From NCBI GenBank assembly GCA_051546255.1, contig CP128819.1, positions 372,001-436,000 on the forward strand: a stretch of 64,000 nt of DNA. The letters are read 5' to 3'. Origin of the DNA: Meyerozyma guilliermondii. Its lineage: Eukaryota. A model generated the notes under the pieces. That model searched no databases. It was not told the DNA's origin and saw nothing but the letters and a program-made list of their open reading frames with translations. Shown here piece by piece: positions 43,376 through 54,013 of the stretch (positions within the stretch are counted from its first letter, which is position 1; each line of letters starts with the position of its first letter). A program made the position numbers and the translations under genes.

Positions 43376-44295
43376 GCCTAGGATAAAGTAAAAAGGATAA
43401 GGAGAAATAAGGAGAGATAAGGAGGCAGTGAGAACGGATTTAGACCTGCATCGCGGAAAATAGTCCGATCGCGTCAAGATGCATTAAAAGGAGGTGAATT
43501 ACGAGTAGTTAAAAATGACATCCCACTAATGGTAATTCAGCAATAAACTAGTTCACTTATCATAGACAGAAAAGATTGTTCAGCGAGTCACTTTTGAGTT
43601 TTATAGATGCTATTCATAAGCCTTGATTCTCCCGTATAAATTTTCGTTTAAACAGCTTCTATTTTTAGATCGAAGTACGAAACTGAAATTATAAAATTGA
43701 CAGATAACGAAAGTCTATCTAACAGGACAATTGAATGTTCAAAATCATAATATCAATTCTGACATTAGATCGAGAAGATGTGGTAATTTAAAAACACCAT
43801 TTTACAATTATTACCACTTTTCTCATTCATTAAAAACATTTATCAAAAAAAAGTTTATCAGATTGAATATCCATTCATAATATCATCAGTTATCGGATGC
43901 CAGTACTGTCTGCTTTTACTGGATCTGACCGTTTCCCGTCTGACGCAACTCTCGATAGTGCAGAAGAGTCGCGAAATGCGGGGGAGTTGCGGAGCTAGGT
44001 GAAAAATTGTAGTGAGAGCAAGAATGAAAATATAAAGGACACAGCTAGGTGAAATTAGGTATTTTTATGGGTACTATGGCTCTCAAGTCGCCCATACTAG
44101 AAGAGAAAGCTGTACAATTTACTTGAAATCCTTCAACTTTTCACTCATTAGTACTATCAATGGACTTGAGTAAAATCAAAATGAAACAAATTAAATACTG
44201 ATATGAGTTAAGCAGCAGTGTTGGTCCAGGTCTTTACACTCAGCCACTTTACGATTGCTCAAAGATTTATACATTTTTATGAATTTTGACGCTTC

Positions 44296-44895
44296 TTATA
44301 CCACGCTCTTCACCTCGAAAAACCGCTTCAAGTAATAAATTTGGAAAAGCGAGTTGATGGCCACAACCGCAATTTGGAACACAGACCACCACTTGACCCG
44401 ATCGTTGGTACTCTCGGCAGTATTACGGTGGGTTCTCTCTCTCATTACCAAGTAACTCTGTTCTGCGCGAACATCATCGGTTAATTGTGATAACCGTTGG
44501 ATGGCATAGTCCAAAGTATTGGACCTCGAGTCACTGGCATCGATATATTTGACTCCATGAACGTTGAAAGACACATCCACGTCGACTCTACTGGACCTTT
44601 CATTGGAGAAACAGTAGTAGTATTTTCCATTGGTATCGACCTTGATGAGTTCGTCTCCATGGTCGAGGTCGGTTCTCTTCAACACTACCTGGTTATTGGG
44701 CGTTGTTACGTAGAAATCAATCATAAACTGTTCCAGATTCTTGGGATCACGAGACCCCACCTGGAAACTAACAGCCAATTCATCACCACTACGCACTTCT
44801 TCAAAGAAACAGTGTTTTCCATGTGGAGGAAGGAGCACGTTGTGGGCCAGAACCGTGGCCAAAAATGCAAAAAACAACGCCAATACCGACTTCAT
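44296..44895 (-). CDS. EMP24: p24-family COPII cargo receptor (beta subfamily)
   Basis: Signal peptide, HNVLLP..CFFE, GOLD domain, RERTHRNTAESTNDRVKWWS, YYLKRFFEV tail. Confidence 0.93.
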   Translation of the reverse strand: MKSVLALFFAFLATVLAHNVLLPPHGKHCFFEEVRSGDELAVSFQVGSRDPKNLEQFMIDFYVTTPNNQVVLKRTDLDHGDELIKVDTNGKYYYCFSNERSSRVDVDVSFNVHGVKYIDASDSRSNTLDYAIQRLSQLTDDVRAEQSYLVMRERTHRNTAESTNDRVKWWSVFQIAVVAINSLFQIYYLKRFFEVKSVV

Positions 44896-45013
44896 GGATG
44901 GTGGTGAAGATTGTGAATATTGAACACGCGTTGAGTTTTGGCGGTGCGGACACGAAGATCGATGGTGTTTGGGTGCAAGAGGTTACAAACTAGATGGGTA
45001 TGCTATGATATGG

Positions 45014-46246
<1,233 letters not shown>

Positions 46247-46370
46247 TTACAATGGGATTATGCAGCGAAGGGACAAATGTGGGAACAATTCGTGCAGGAA
46301 AACCACGTTGTAAACAAGGAAAAATCTAAACGTAACATTACTATACAGTGTCATAGTCCTCTCGTTATAT

Positions 46371-46928
46371 CTACTTCTTTCTACCAAACAACCCCTTCTT
46401 CTTTTTTTTCTTGGTCTGATCCTCCTTCAAAGACGTAGCACTATAGTTGGCCTTTTGGTACATTGGCTGGTCATCAAAGTTGATCACAGGCCGTTCGTGT
46501 CCCTGGTGCTGATGCTCAGAGTTGTCTCCTTGGCCACTCAAATTGTAGTAGGGAAAATCTTCGTGAAATCCCCATCCAAGTCGTTGGGTCTCCAACTGAT
46601 CTCTGTAAGCATAATCTCCAGTAATAGCATACTCAAACGACCGGATCGTGTCCATGGGTCTTTCGTTCCGTGCACGCGTGGGGTTCGACATGTCAGCCTG
46701 ACGAATAGGCTGGCCAAAAATATCCTTCATTTCTGCTGAATCCTGTGAAAGATACGAGGGTCTTCTAACATTGGTATGATCAGCTGCTTGCTCAAAAGGT
46801 TGTGCCTCGTTAACGGCCGAAAGAATGGGATCGTGAATGTTGGCCGAATGCATCTTGTCTTGGCCCCTTGGGTGCTGTTGATAATTGGCCTCCATTTTTG
46901 AGGATTTATTAGACCCGAATATCGCCAT
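46371..46928 (-). CDS. DUF2406-family protein (YMR295C/YGR273C-like)
   Basis: DPILSAVNEAQPFEQA and DIFGQPI...DMSNPTRARNERPMDTIRSFEYAI; basic KKKKKKGLFGRKK tail. Confidence 0.85.
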   Translation of the reverse strand: MAIFGSNKSSKMEANYQQHPRGQDKMHSANIHDPILSAVNEAQPFEQAADHTNVRRPSYLSQDSAEMKDIFGQPIRQADMSNPTRARNERPMDTIRSFEYAITGDYAYRDQLETQRLGWGFHEDFPYYNLSGQGDNSEHQHQGHERPVINFDDQPMYQKANYSATSLKEDQTKKKKKKGLFGRKK

Positions 46929-47185
46929 ATTTGCACGGTGTCTGGGTGTGAGGGCGGAGCAGGGATCAAAACCAGTGGCTGTGGGGTGGGCGGAGCCTAG
47001 TAAAGGGTTTTAGCACAATGCTTGAGAAGGTTGTGAAAATTGTAGAAGTTTCAAAACCGTCGCAACGATTCCTGGATTCCTGGAATCTTATGTTGTGTAG
47101 ACCAATTGTAGGTGACTGCTGGAGTTGCAATTTTGGTACCGCCTTCCTTGTTCGGTAATGTAATTGATTGATCCGATAAGGATAT

Positions 47186-47507
47186 CTGGTTAGTACAATT
47201 GTGACAATAAATTTGAGCATTGAGTAGAAAAGCGGTAGAAATAGTTAGAAAATAGTCGCAAATTAGTCGGGAATTAGTAGGGAATTAGTAGGCGGTGCCA
47301 TTGTAGTTGATGCCAAATGGAACCTTGACGGGTGTTGTGCCATTGTTGTACGGCTGTCAAGACATCATCACACCATTGTGGGGTTACCATACACAAGTAC
47401 CACATACACCTCTGCCTTACCATTCGCCCACCCCATTAACTCACTCCCTTACTCATTTTCCCATTCTTTTCTCTCTCTTTTCTCAAATCTTCTCTCCTTA
47501 TACATAC
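47186..47507 (-). other. Probable 5'-UTR intron of the DUF2406 gene (donor at 47507 or 47407)
   Basis: Minus strand: TACTAAC (47195-47189) directly followed by CAG (47188-47186); GTATGT at 47507 and at 47407; TATAAATATAAA near 47545-47534. Confidence 0.75.
47236..47292. repeat. Degenerate ~11-bp tandem repeat (GAATTAGTAGG-like) inside the UTR intron
   Basis: aaatagtcgc / aaattagtcgg / gaattagtagg / gaattagtagg. Confidence 0.7.
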
Positions 47508-47696
47508 TTTAAATGTGGATCGCTGCTGCGTAGTTTATATTTATACCGCACGTTAAGCCACCTGCATTAGAGGGGATAGCCCAGCTGCGCCCGGTCCTAG
47601 GCTGCAAAGCTGTGGGTACTGGATGCGGAGCCTAAACGTGCGGCAATCTGGCCATATACGGCTAATTAGCGCATTCGAAAATTAACGTTTCGGCAA

Positions 47697-49844
47697 TTAC
47701 GCCATATTATTTTGCTGCTTAAAAGCATCCCACGCCTTGTTTAACACCACAAACACTCCCTGGCATATCATCTTGTCCTGTAGTTGTAAGTTCGAAAGCT
47801 TATCGGGGTGTATTGCACTGATCACTTTCATGTAGTTGATCTTCACTTTCTTGGGTAACATCAAGTCGCCTAGTCCAATCTTCTTATCGGTTACAAAAGG
47901 AAACCCAAGCCGTTCTGGAATTATATCTGGAAGAGTTGTTAAAAGAGTCCGAATATTATCTTCCTTTCCATTGCTCCATGCTTGCAATTGCTCATGAACT
48001 TTGTCGTGAAGTTTGAACATTTCCTCTTCGCGAGCCTTAGTCTCGGCATTTTGCTTTTGGATCCTGCTGAGGTTGGAGGAGGCTGTCTCTGCTTTTGGTG
48101 TACTTTTTGGTACATTCTGCTTTGGCATTGGCTTTGGTGCTGGCTTCGGCTTTGGCTTTGGGTTCACAATTTCATTCACCCGCCGTTTACCGTCCATCAC
48201 CTTCTTGTCACTGACACCGAGCCGGCTCACCAACTCCATATAACATTCCAATGCTTCTGGAAACACCTCCAACATTTCCAAACTTTCGGCTTTTCTCATA
48301 AGCAATTTGGTATACCAGTGTTTAGCACTCTTATCCATGATAGTCCATCCATTATCTATTCCTCTGACATTAAGAAGTTTTATACCATTGTCACAGTGGT
48401 TCTTGGCTTCTTTGTAGTTGCCCAACTTGACCAACGTCAAGGCAGCATTGGAGTAAATGACAATTCGATAATCATGATTTTCAGGAAGGGATTCCATGCA
48501 TCGAAGGTAACTTTGGTACGCCGAACCATAGTCTCCATGACTAAACGATGCGCTAGCTTTTTCTTTGTTGGTGTCGAAATCGGTCTGCTGAAACTCATTG
48601 AGTGGTGGAGCCGTCATGCTCGTCAGAGAATTGAGTCCTAGCAAGTCTTCCTCTGGACTTTTTGCTAAAACTGGTGGTGAAACTGTTGCAGGCTTTGTCT
48701 TGCGTGGTGGCCGTCGAGGAAGGTCATCGCTCGATGGAGGTTGCAGTTGGGGTCGTATTGGCATATCGGGCTTTTTGGCTGGGGACGTTCTACCCAGAGC
48801 AGACTCTGGTCTACCAGAAACTTTATCCATGGCATATGCTCTAATGCCTTGTAATCTCTTTTCCTTTCTCTCTTTATCTTTTTCTTGTTGTTTTCTCATA
48901 AACTGCTCAATTGCTTCCTTATCCAAATTATCTTCGTCGGAACCGTAATCTTCATAAGAGCCACCATTTGCCTTGCGTTCCACTGCATCTTTCTTGTACT
49001 TTTCCTGGTTTGCCATCCAAGAAGGCATTCCTGGTGACAGCAGCTGTCCACGATGAGCCATGTGCTGTTGTTGAAACTGATCGAGATTCTTCATCACTGT
49101 TTTCTTTGATTTATCGAAGAATATCGATGCCTTGTTGAAAAAATCCGTAGAAAGGTCCGTCAACTTTGCCTGGAGATCTTCAGGATGATGAGCCTGTTGC
49201 CTTTGAATCGGAGTCAGTGTTTGACTTGTAGTGGATTCTGAGTTTCCTCCACTCATGATATAGTTCACGCACTCTTGTAAATGAGGACCTTTTCTTGCAA
49301 TTGCGTCGTTAGCTGTCTCGACAGAAAAGCCAATGTCAACCAATTGCGCAAGCACGGAGTCATTTGGTGAAGAAGATACTTTTGGTGACAATTTTGACGG
49401 TTGGATCTTAAACGAGGGACGCTCGGGACTGGTCTTTTTCTCAACAAATGCATCGGAAAACTCATCATCCAAAAGCAAAGACAGATGATCTGGAGCCCCA
49501 GTTGTGCTCTGATGGGTCGGAGTGGGTTCAGCAATTTGAGAGGTCATTTTTGGCGGTTCAGGTTTACCAAATATTGAAAATGGATCATCGTCGTTTGTCG
49601 AGCTCACGGTGTCATTATTGGTCCCGATAGGGGTATGAGAGCCAGATAGAATGTCCAAGTTTGACCAGTGATCGTGGGACCCCGAAGCTGAAGATGCTTG
49701 TAAATTGGACCCATTTAATGGACTTTGTTGGCGGTTTTGACGATGCAGCATCGGCATGCGTTTTTCGTTCAAAGACGAGGAGGAAGAATTCGACGTTGCC
49801 GACAGAAAAAGGTCGGCAAATGCATCTGTTTTGGGCGGTGCCAT
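47697..49844 (-). CDS. SWA2: Auxilin-like clathrin-uncoating factor (UBA, TPR, J domain)
   Basis: First ATG at 49844 (DAFADLF); UBA LVDIGFS; TPR (IYSNAALTLVKLGNY); J domain IHPDKL...LNKAWDAF. Confidence 0.9.
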   Translation of the reverse strand: MAPPKTDAFADLFLSATSNSSSSSLNEKRMPMLHRQNRQQSPLNGSNLQASSASGSHDHWSNLDILSGSHTPIGTNNDTVSSTNDDDPFSIFGKPEPPKMTSQIAEPTPTHQSTTGAPDHLSLLLDDEFSDAFVEKKTSPERPSFKIQPSKLSPKVSSSPNDSVLAQLVDIGFSVETANDAIARKGPHLQECVNYIMSGGNSESTTSQTLTPIQRQQAHHPEDLQAKLTDLSTDFFNKASIFFDKSKKTVMKNLDQFQQQHMAHRGQLLSPGMPSWMANQEKYKKDAVERKANGGSYEDYGSDEDNLDKEAIEQFMRKQQEKDKERKEKRLQGIRAYAMDKVSGRPESALGRTSPAKKPDMPIRPQLQPPSSDDLPRRPPRKTKPATVSPPVLAKSPEEDLLGLNSLTSMTAPPLNEFQQTDFDTNKEKASASFSHGDYGSAYQSYLRCMESLPENHDYRIVIYSNAALTLVKLGNYKEAKNHCDNGIKLLNVRGIDNGWTIMDKSAKHWYTKLLMRKAESLEMLEVFPEALECYMELVSRLGVSDKKVMDGKRRVNEIVNPKPKPKPAPKPMPKQNVPKSTPKAETASSNLSRIQKQNAETKAREEEMFKLHDKVHEQLQAWSNGKEDNIRTLLTTLPDIIPERLGFPFVTDKKIGLGDLMLPKKVKINYMKVISAIHPDKLSNLQLQDKMICQGVFVVLNKAWDAFKQQNNMA

Positions 49845-50020
49845 GATTATAAACCGAAACACGCTATACACCCGTTTTTCAGCAACCAGTATTGTATTTG
49901 TGGTGGAATCACCAATACCGGCCCTGCACAGGGCCAGCGGGTTCCTCTATATAACTTGGCCATTCGCGCACGACTCGCTGCGCTTCACAACTTTTTTCAC
50001 CTCATCTCCACTACCTAGCC

Positions 50021-50200
50021 ATGCATTTGATGTACACTTTGGGCCCTGACGGCAAGCGTATATACACGTTGAAGAAAATCACCGAGGATGGTGAAATCAC
50101 CAAGTCGGCTCATCCTGCCAGATTTTCGCCCGATGACAAGTACTCGAGACAAAGAGTGACTTTGAAGAAGAGATACGGCATGTTGCCCACCCAAAACTAG
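50021..50200 (+). CDS. NOP10: H/ACA snoRNP subunit Nop10 (59 aa, below the ORF-track cutoff)
   Basis: [59 protein letters not shown]; upstream TTTTTTCA and CTCATC (RRPE/PAC-like). Confidence 0.97.
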   Translation: MHLMYTLGPDGKRIYTLKKITEDGEITKSAHPARFSPDDKYSRQRVTLKKRYGMLPTQN

Positions 50201-50296
50201 AGACCCCAGAGGAGAACAGTAGAATGGTGTCGAGACAAAAGTTCAAACAACAGTCAGGATAGATCCATATGACTTAGGCATTGCCGTCATTACGTC

Positions 50297-50373
50297 AATA
50301 CCTTGTCACTTGTCATTAGCTTGTCATTAATGTGAATACCTTGTCACCTTGTTACTTGACATTGCCTTGTCAC
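50297..50373. repeat. Cluster of TTGTCA repeats between convergent NOP10 and DAD4
   Basis: TGTCA at 50304, 50311, 50322, 50342, 50368 and TGACA at 50357; AATACCTTGTCAC occurs twice. Confidence 0.75.
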
Positions 50374-50468
50374 TATCATATCACACCACCACAAACCAAA
50401 CTTACCTCGGCGCTTTCTACTTCATATCTCCATCTATATTAATGTACAGTAGTTGAATATTTGTAGCC

Positions 50469-50730
50469 TCATATTGGGTCCTGTTTTTGTCCCGTAGCCT
50501 CCAAGTTAAACTGAGAGTTTTTGGAATAGTTTTCCCACATTTGTGACACCATTTCGGTGTCCATATTTGAACGGTTAATTTCTTGAAGCGAGTTGTTCAT
50601 CGCCACGATGCTCTCATTGAGGTTTTCCTGGGTTAGAATACGGTTTGTTATGCTCTGACTCTCTACATACCATGTTGTTGATTATACGTGAAAGCAATGC
50701 ATTTTGCACCTGTTCGTGTGGATTCTCCAT
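50469..50730 (-). CDS. DAD4: DASH/Dam1 complex subunit Dad4 (72 aa); exons 50730-50671 and 50627-50469
   Basis: Spliced product MENPHEQVQNALLSRIINNM|ENLNESIVAMNNSLQEINRSNMDTEMVSQMWENYSKNSQFNLEATGQKQDPI*; absent from the ORF track. Confidence 0.95.
50628..50670 (-). other. 43-nt spliceosomal intron of DAD4
   Basis: GTATGTagagagtcagagcataacaaaccgtaTTCTAACcCAG; removal joins the two Dad4 halves in frame. Confidence 0.92.
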
Positions 50731-50961
50731 AATGAATTAAGCGTGTTTGTTTTGAGGAGTCTTTAGTGGGTGTATATGCAGGTACGGGCATAGGAACCAG
50801 ATGAAGAAGAATAAAAGAAAAAGAAAAAGCTAGAATAGACAAATAGAAGCAGCATACATAAAATTGAGCAAATGGCATCAACAAACCAGTTCTAGATGAA
50901 TTCACAGTTCTTTTTCAATCTACTCTTTTTCGGACTCCCCAGTCCTGCACACCCACCCAGG

Positions 50962-50983
50962 AATTTTTGCGAAGCGATGAGCT
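50962..50983 (+). promoter_or_regulatory. RRPE-like and PAC motifs upstream of NOP15
   Basis: AATTTTT at 50962-50968 and GCGATGAGCT at 50974-50983. Confidence 0.7.
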
Positions 50984-50997
50984 TCTTCAGGTAGAAC

Positions 50998-51705
50998 ATG
51001 GCCAAAACTAGAAGTGCCGTAAAAGCTGCTACCAAAGAGCCCGAGCACGATCTCCAGCTCCCACTGTCGAGTGAAGAGTCTGGAAGTGAAGGCGAACTGG
51101 AAGGGCTTTCCAGTGCTGAGGAATCCGAAGACGAAAGCGATGAGAATGACGAAAACGAAAATGATAAAGAGTCAGTTAAAACCACCAAGAATCCCTCTAA
51201 AACCGGATCTCATGTCGTAAACATACAAAAGACCAGCAATGTGGCACGAAAGACAGACAAAAGCAAAAACAAGAGAGGTGTCATCTATGTAGGTAGACTT
51301 CCACATGGACTTTACGAAAAGGAAATGCGTCAGTATTTTGACCAATTTGGTGAAATTTCCAGATTACGGATATCAAGAAACAAAAAGACGGGCAAGTCCA
51401 AGCATTATGGGTTCATCGAGTTCCAAGATAAGGAAGTTGCCAAGATTGCATGTGAGGCTATGAACAACTATTTGGTATTTGGACACATGTTGCAAGTGCA
51501 GATGGTTGAAGAAGCCAATGTTCACGATGAGCTTTTCTCGGGCCACCACGTACAGTATAAGCCATTGCCCCACAAGCTGATCAGCAGGCATAGACATGAT
51601 TCACCTAAGACCAAAGATCAATGGGAGAAGCTCGAAGCCAAGCAAAAGCAGCGGAAAGAGGCACGTAAGAAGAAGTTGGCAGCGGCGGGAATTGATTTTG
51701 AATAG
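50998..51705 (+). CDS. NOP15: RRM ribosome-biogenesis protein Nop15 (NIFK)
   Basis: Acidic N-terminus; GVIYVGRLPHG, SRNKKTGKSKHYGFIEF, AMNNYLVFGHML. Confidence 0.93.
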   Translation: MAKTRSAVKAATKEPEHDLQLPLSSEESGSEGELEGLSSAEESEDESDENDENENDKESVKTTKNPSKTGSHVVNIQKTSNVARKTDKSKNKRGVIYVGRLPHGLYEKEMRQYFDQFGEISRLRISRNKKTGKSKHYGFIEFQDKEVAKIACEAMNNYLVFGHMLQVQMVEEANVHDELFSGHHVQYKPLPHKLISRHRHDSPKTKDQWEKLEAKQKQRKEARKKKLAAAGIDFE

Positions 51706-52212
51706 AGGAGAAGAATCGGAGCAGAGCAATAATCGAATAGACCAAAATAAAATCAAATAACGAAAAAGAATGTAGAGTGAGGTGGTGAATAAGTTCATGT
51801 AGTGACAATATTAAAGTTGAGATTGATATGTTGCTTTCATTCGATATGTGACGAATGAAATGTCTTTTATCTGAATGATTTTGTTTTCCTGAATGACTTT
51901 TCTCTTGTGCTCGTATCATCGTGCCCTTTTTCACGTACCTCACCTCATCTTCGCAACCGTTCACCCAATTAGGCAATAGGTCCCAACACATGCACGAGGT
52001 GTATGCAGTAGCTTACTTTTCTACGTGGTTTGATTGGAGATAATCACATGGGACGGGACATCAAACTATTTTTTTCTGGTTTCAAGTTTTTTCATTAGTT
52101 GTCGAGACTTGCAAACTTTATAGATACCAAATTTTTTTTGCAGTATCGTTTTAAATAAAACGCGACCGTTGACGAATATTTCACATTTTTTCTCCCATTT
52201 GCACTAATAATC

Positions 52213-52581
52213 ATGTCTGACGATTTGAAATTATACACGTTTGAGGAGGTTTCTAAACACAACACCATCAACGATTTGTGGGTTGTATACAACCAAAAGG
52301 TCTATGACGTCTCCAAGTACGTCGATGAGCATCCTGGTGGTGAAGAGGTGGTGGTTGATGTCGCTGGAACCGACGCTACGGAAGCGTTCGATGATATTGG
52401 ACATTCGGAAGATGCCCATGAGATCATGGCTGGTTTGCTCGTTGGCCGTGTTGAAGGCGGTGTCAAGACAGACAAGAAGGTTCCCGTGAGTGGAACTTAT
52501 GAGGCTGGACTTCCTGTGACCACCATCGCTGCTGTGGTTGTGTTGGTGGCTGCTGGCGCTTACTTCTACCTTAACCAATAG
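52213..52581 (+). CDS. CYB5: Cytochrome b5, tail-anchored
   Basis: EHPGGEEV and FDDIGHS heme ligands; C-terminal TM helix. Confidence 0.95.
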   Translation: MSDDLKLYTFEEVSKHNTINDLWVVYNQKVYDVSKYVDEHPGGEEVVVDVAGTDATEAFDDIGHSEDAHEIMAGLLVGRVEGGVKTDKKVPVSGTYEAGLPVTTIAAVVVLVAAGAYFYLNQ

Positions 52582-52894
52582 AAGGAAAAGGAAGGGAGGT
52601 AGAGAAAAAGTGAGAGAGAAAGAGAAAGAAAAAGATAAGGAAGAGAAATGGAGGAGGAGAAAACAGTAGAGTTAAGGATCGACTACAAATTAGATTGATC
52701 TGATCTCGATTTAATCGTTTCTTCTTTATTCATCATCTCATTCTTTTTTTTACTCTCTTCTTCCCTCTCTTCTCCCCTTGCCATAATAGCATAGAATAAA
52801 TGTTTACTCACTATGGTGTACTGTACTCAAAGCCGCATAGCCGGCCCATGTTCCGTTGCTCCATTTCACCTTTTCTTTAATTCAATTCTCTCCA

Positions 52895-54013
52895 ATGACC
52901 CTTTCTGAACTTCTAGGTCTTCGGATCCCCATCATGCAAGCACCCATGGCTGGTATATCCACAGTGAAGCTCGCAGCACAAGTTACAAATTATGGTGCTT
53001 TGGGTTCCATTCCTTTTGGAGGTTGCGATCTCACCAAATCGGTCGAACCTGTTCGGCAACAACTTGGAGAATTTACCACACTTACCCACTCCAATTGTGT
53101 TAATCTCAACTTCTTCTGTCACCCTAAAGCACACCAGCCTCCTCCTACAAATTCCCAGACGGAAAACTGGCAAAAGTTGTTCTCCACAGTTACCAAGTCG
53201 GATGCAAAGTCTGTGGTTTCCAGTCTTCAAAATGGAAATGTGTCGTTTAAACAACTCGAAGATGACCCAAAACAACTCCTGTTGTTGTTCGACATTTTGA
53301 AAGAGTATAAACCAAAAATCGTTAGTTTCCATTTTGGTTTGCCAGACAAACTCACCATTTCAAAGTTGCAAGAATTGCAAATTCTTGTCTTTGTGTGTAT
53401 AACTTCTGTTGAAGAAGCTACCCATGCCATTGAACACAATGTGGATGGCTTGGTGGTTCAAGGTTACGAAGCTGGAGGACATCGTGGAAACTTTTTGGTG
53501 GATCAAGAACATGACTCAAACTTGAATACTAGTGAGTTATTCAAGGATGTAACCAAGTTGATCTCATTCCAGGATAGAAAACCGTACTTGGTACCTGCTG
53601 GAGGAATCGTGGATGGAAAATCTGCCCGCAAGTACCTCGATGAGGGTGCACTGGCCGTTTGTATGGGAACGGTATTTGTGCCAACTCAAGAATCGAACTC
53701 CAACGATTTTGTTGCTACACAAATTACAACTCAAAAGGTTCCCATGCCTACAGTCATGACTCGGCTTGTATCAGGGAAACCTGCCCGGTGTCTTCGTACC
53801 CCATTTATTGACAATTTAGTTGGTGAGTACGAAAAAAAATCTAGTCCACTTCCATCGTATGGCTACAGCTATTACGGCTACAAAAAGCTCAATCTGACGC
53901 TCAAAAATAGAGACTATGGCTTTTATTTGGTGGGTGCAAACTATCATAAAATCAATCCTTCTTTGACCACTGTCGAAGTGCTCGAAAAGATAGAAAAGGA
54001 ATTGGCTACTTAG
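52895..54013 (+). CDS. Nitronate monooxygenase (2-nitropropane dioxygenase) family FMN enzyme
   Basis: First ATG at 52895; PIMQAPMAG, VSFHFGLP, QGYEAGGHRG, PAGGIVDG, TRLVSGKPAR. Confidence 0.92.
   Translation: MTLSELLGLRIPIMQAPMAGISTVKLAAQVTNYGALGSIPFGGCDLTKSVEPVRQQLGEFTTLTHSNCVNLNFFCHPKAHQPPPTNSQTENWQKLFSTVTKSDAKSVVSSLQNGNVSFKQLEDDPKQLLLLFDILKEYKPKIVSFHFGLPDKLTISKLQELQILVFVCITSVEEATHAIEHNVDGLVVQGYEAGGHRGNFLVDQEHDSNLNTSELFKDVTKLISFQDRKPYLVPAGGIVDGKSARKYLDEGALAVCMGTVFVPTQESNSNDFVATQITTQKVPMPTVMTRLVSGKPARCLRTPFIDNLVGEYEKKSSPLPSYGYSYYGYKKLNLTLKNRDYGFYLVGANYHKINPSLTTVEVLEKIEKELAT

Noticed and set aside
43905..43925. TGCTTTTACTGG resembling U5 snRNA loop 1
   Set aside because: Does not match the invariant GCCTTTTAC loop and lacks the expected closing stem.
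52001..52212. Possible CYB5 5'-UTR intron (GTATGC...CACTAAT)
   Set aside because: Both signals are non-consensus and there is no AG between the branch-like site and the ATG.
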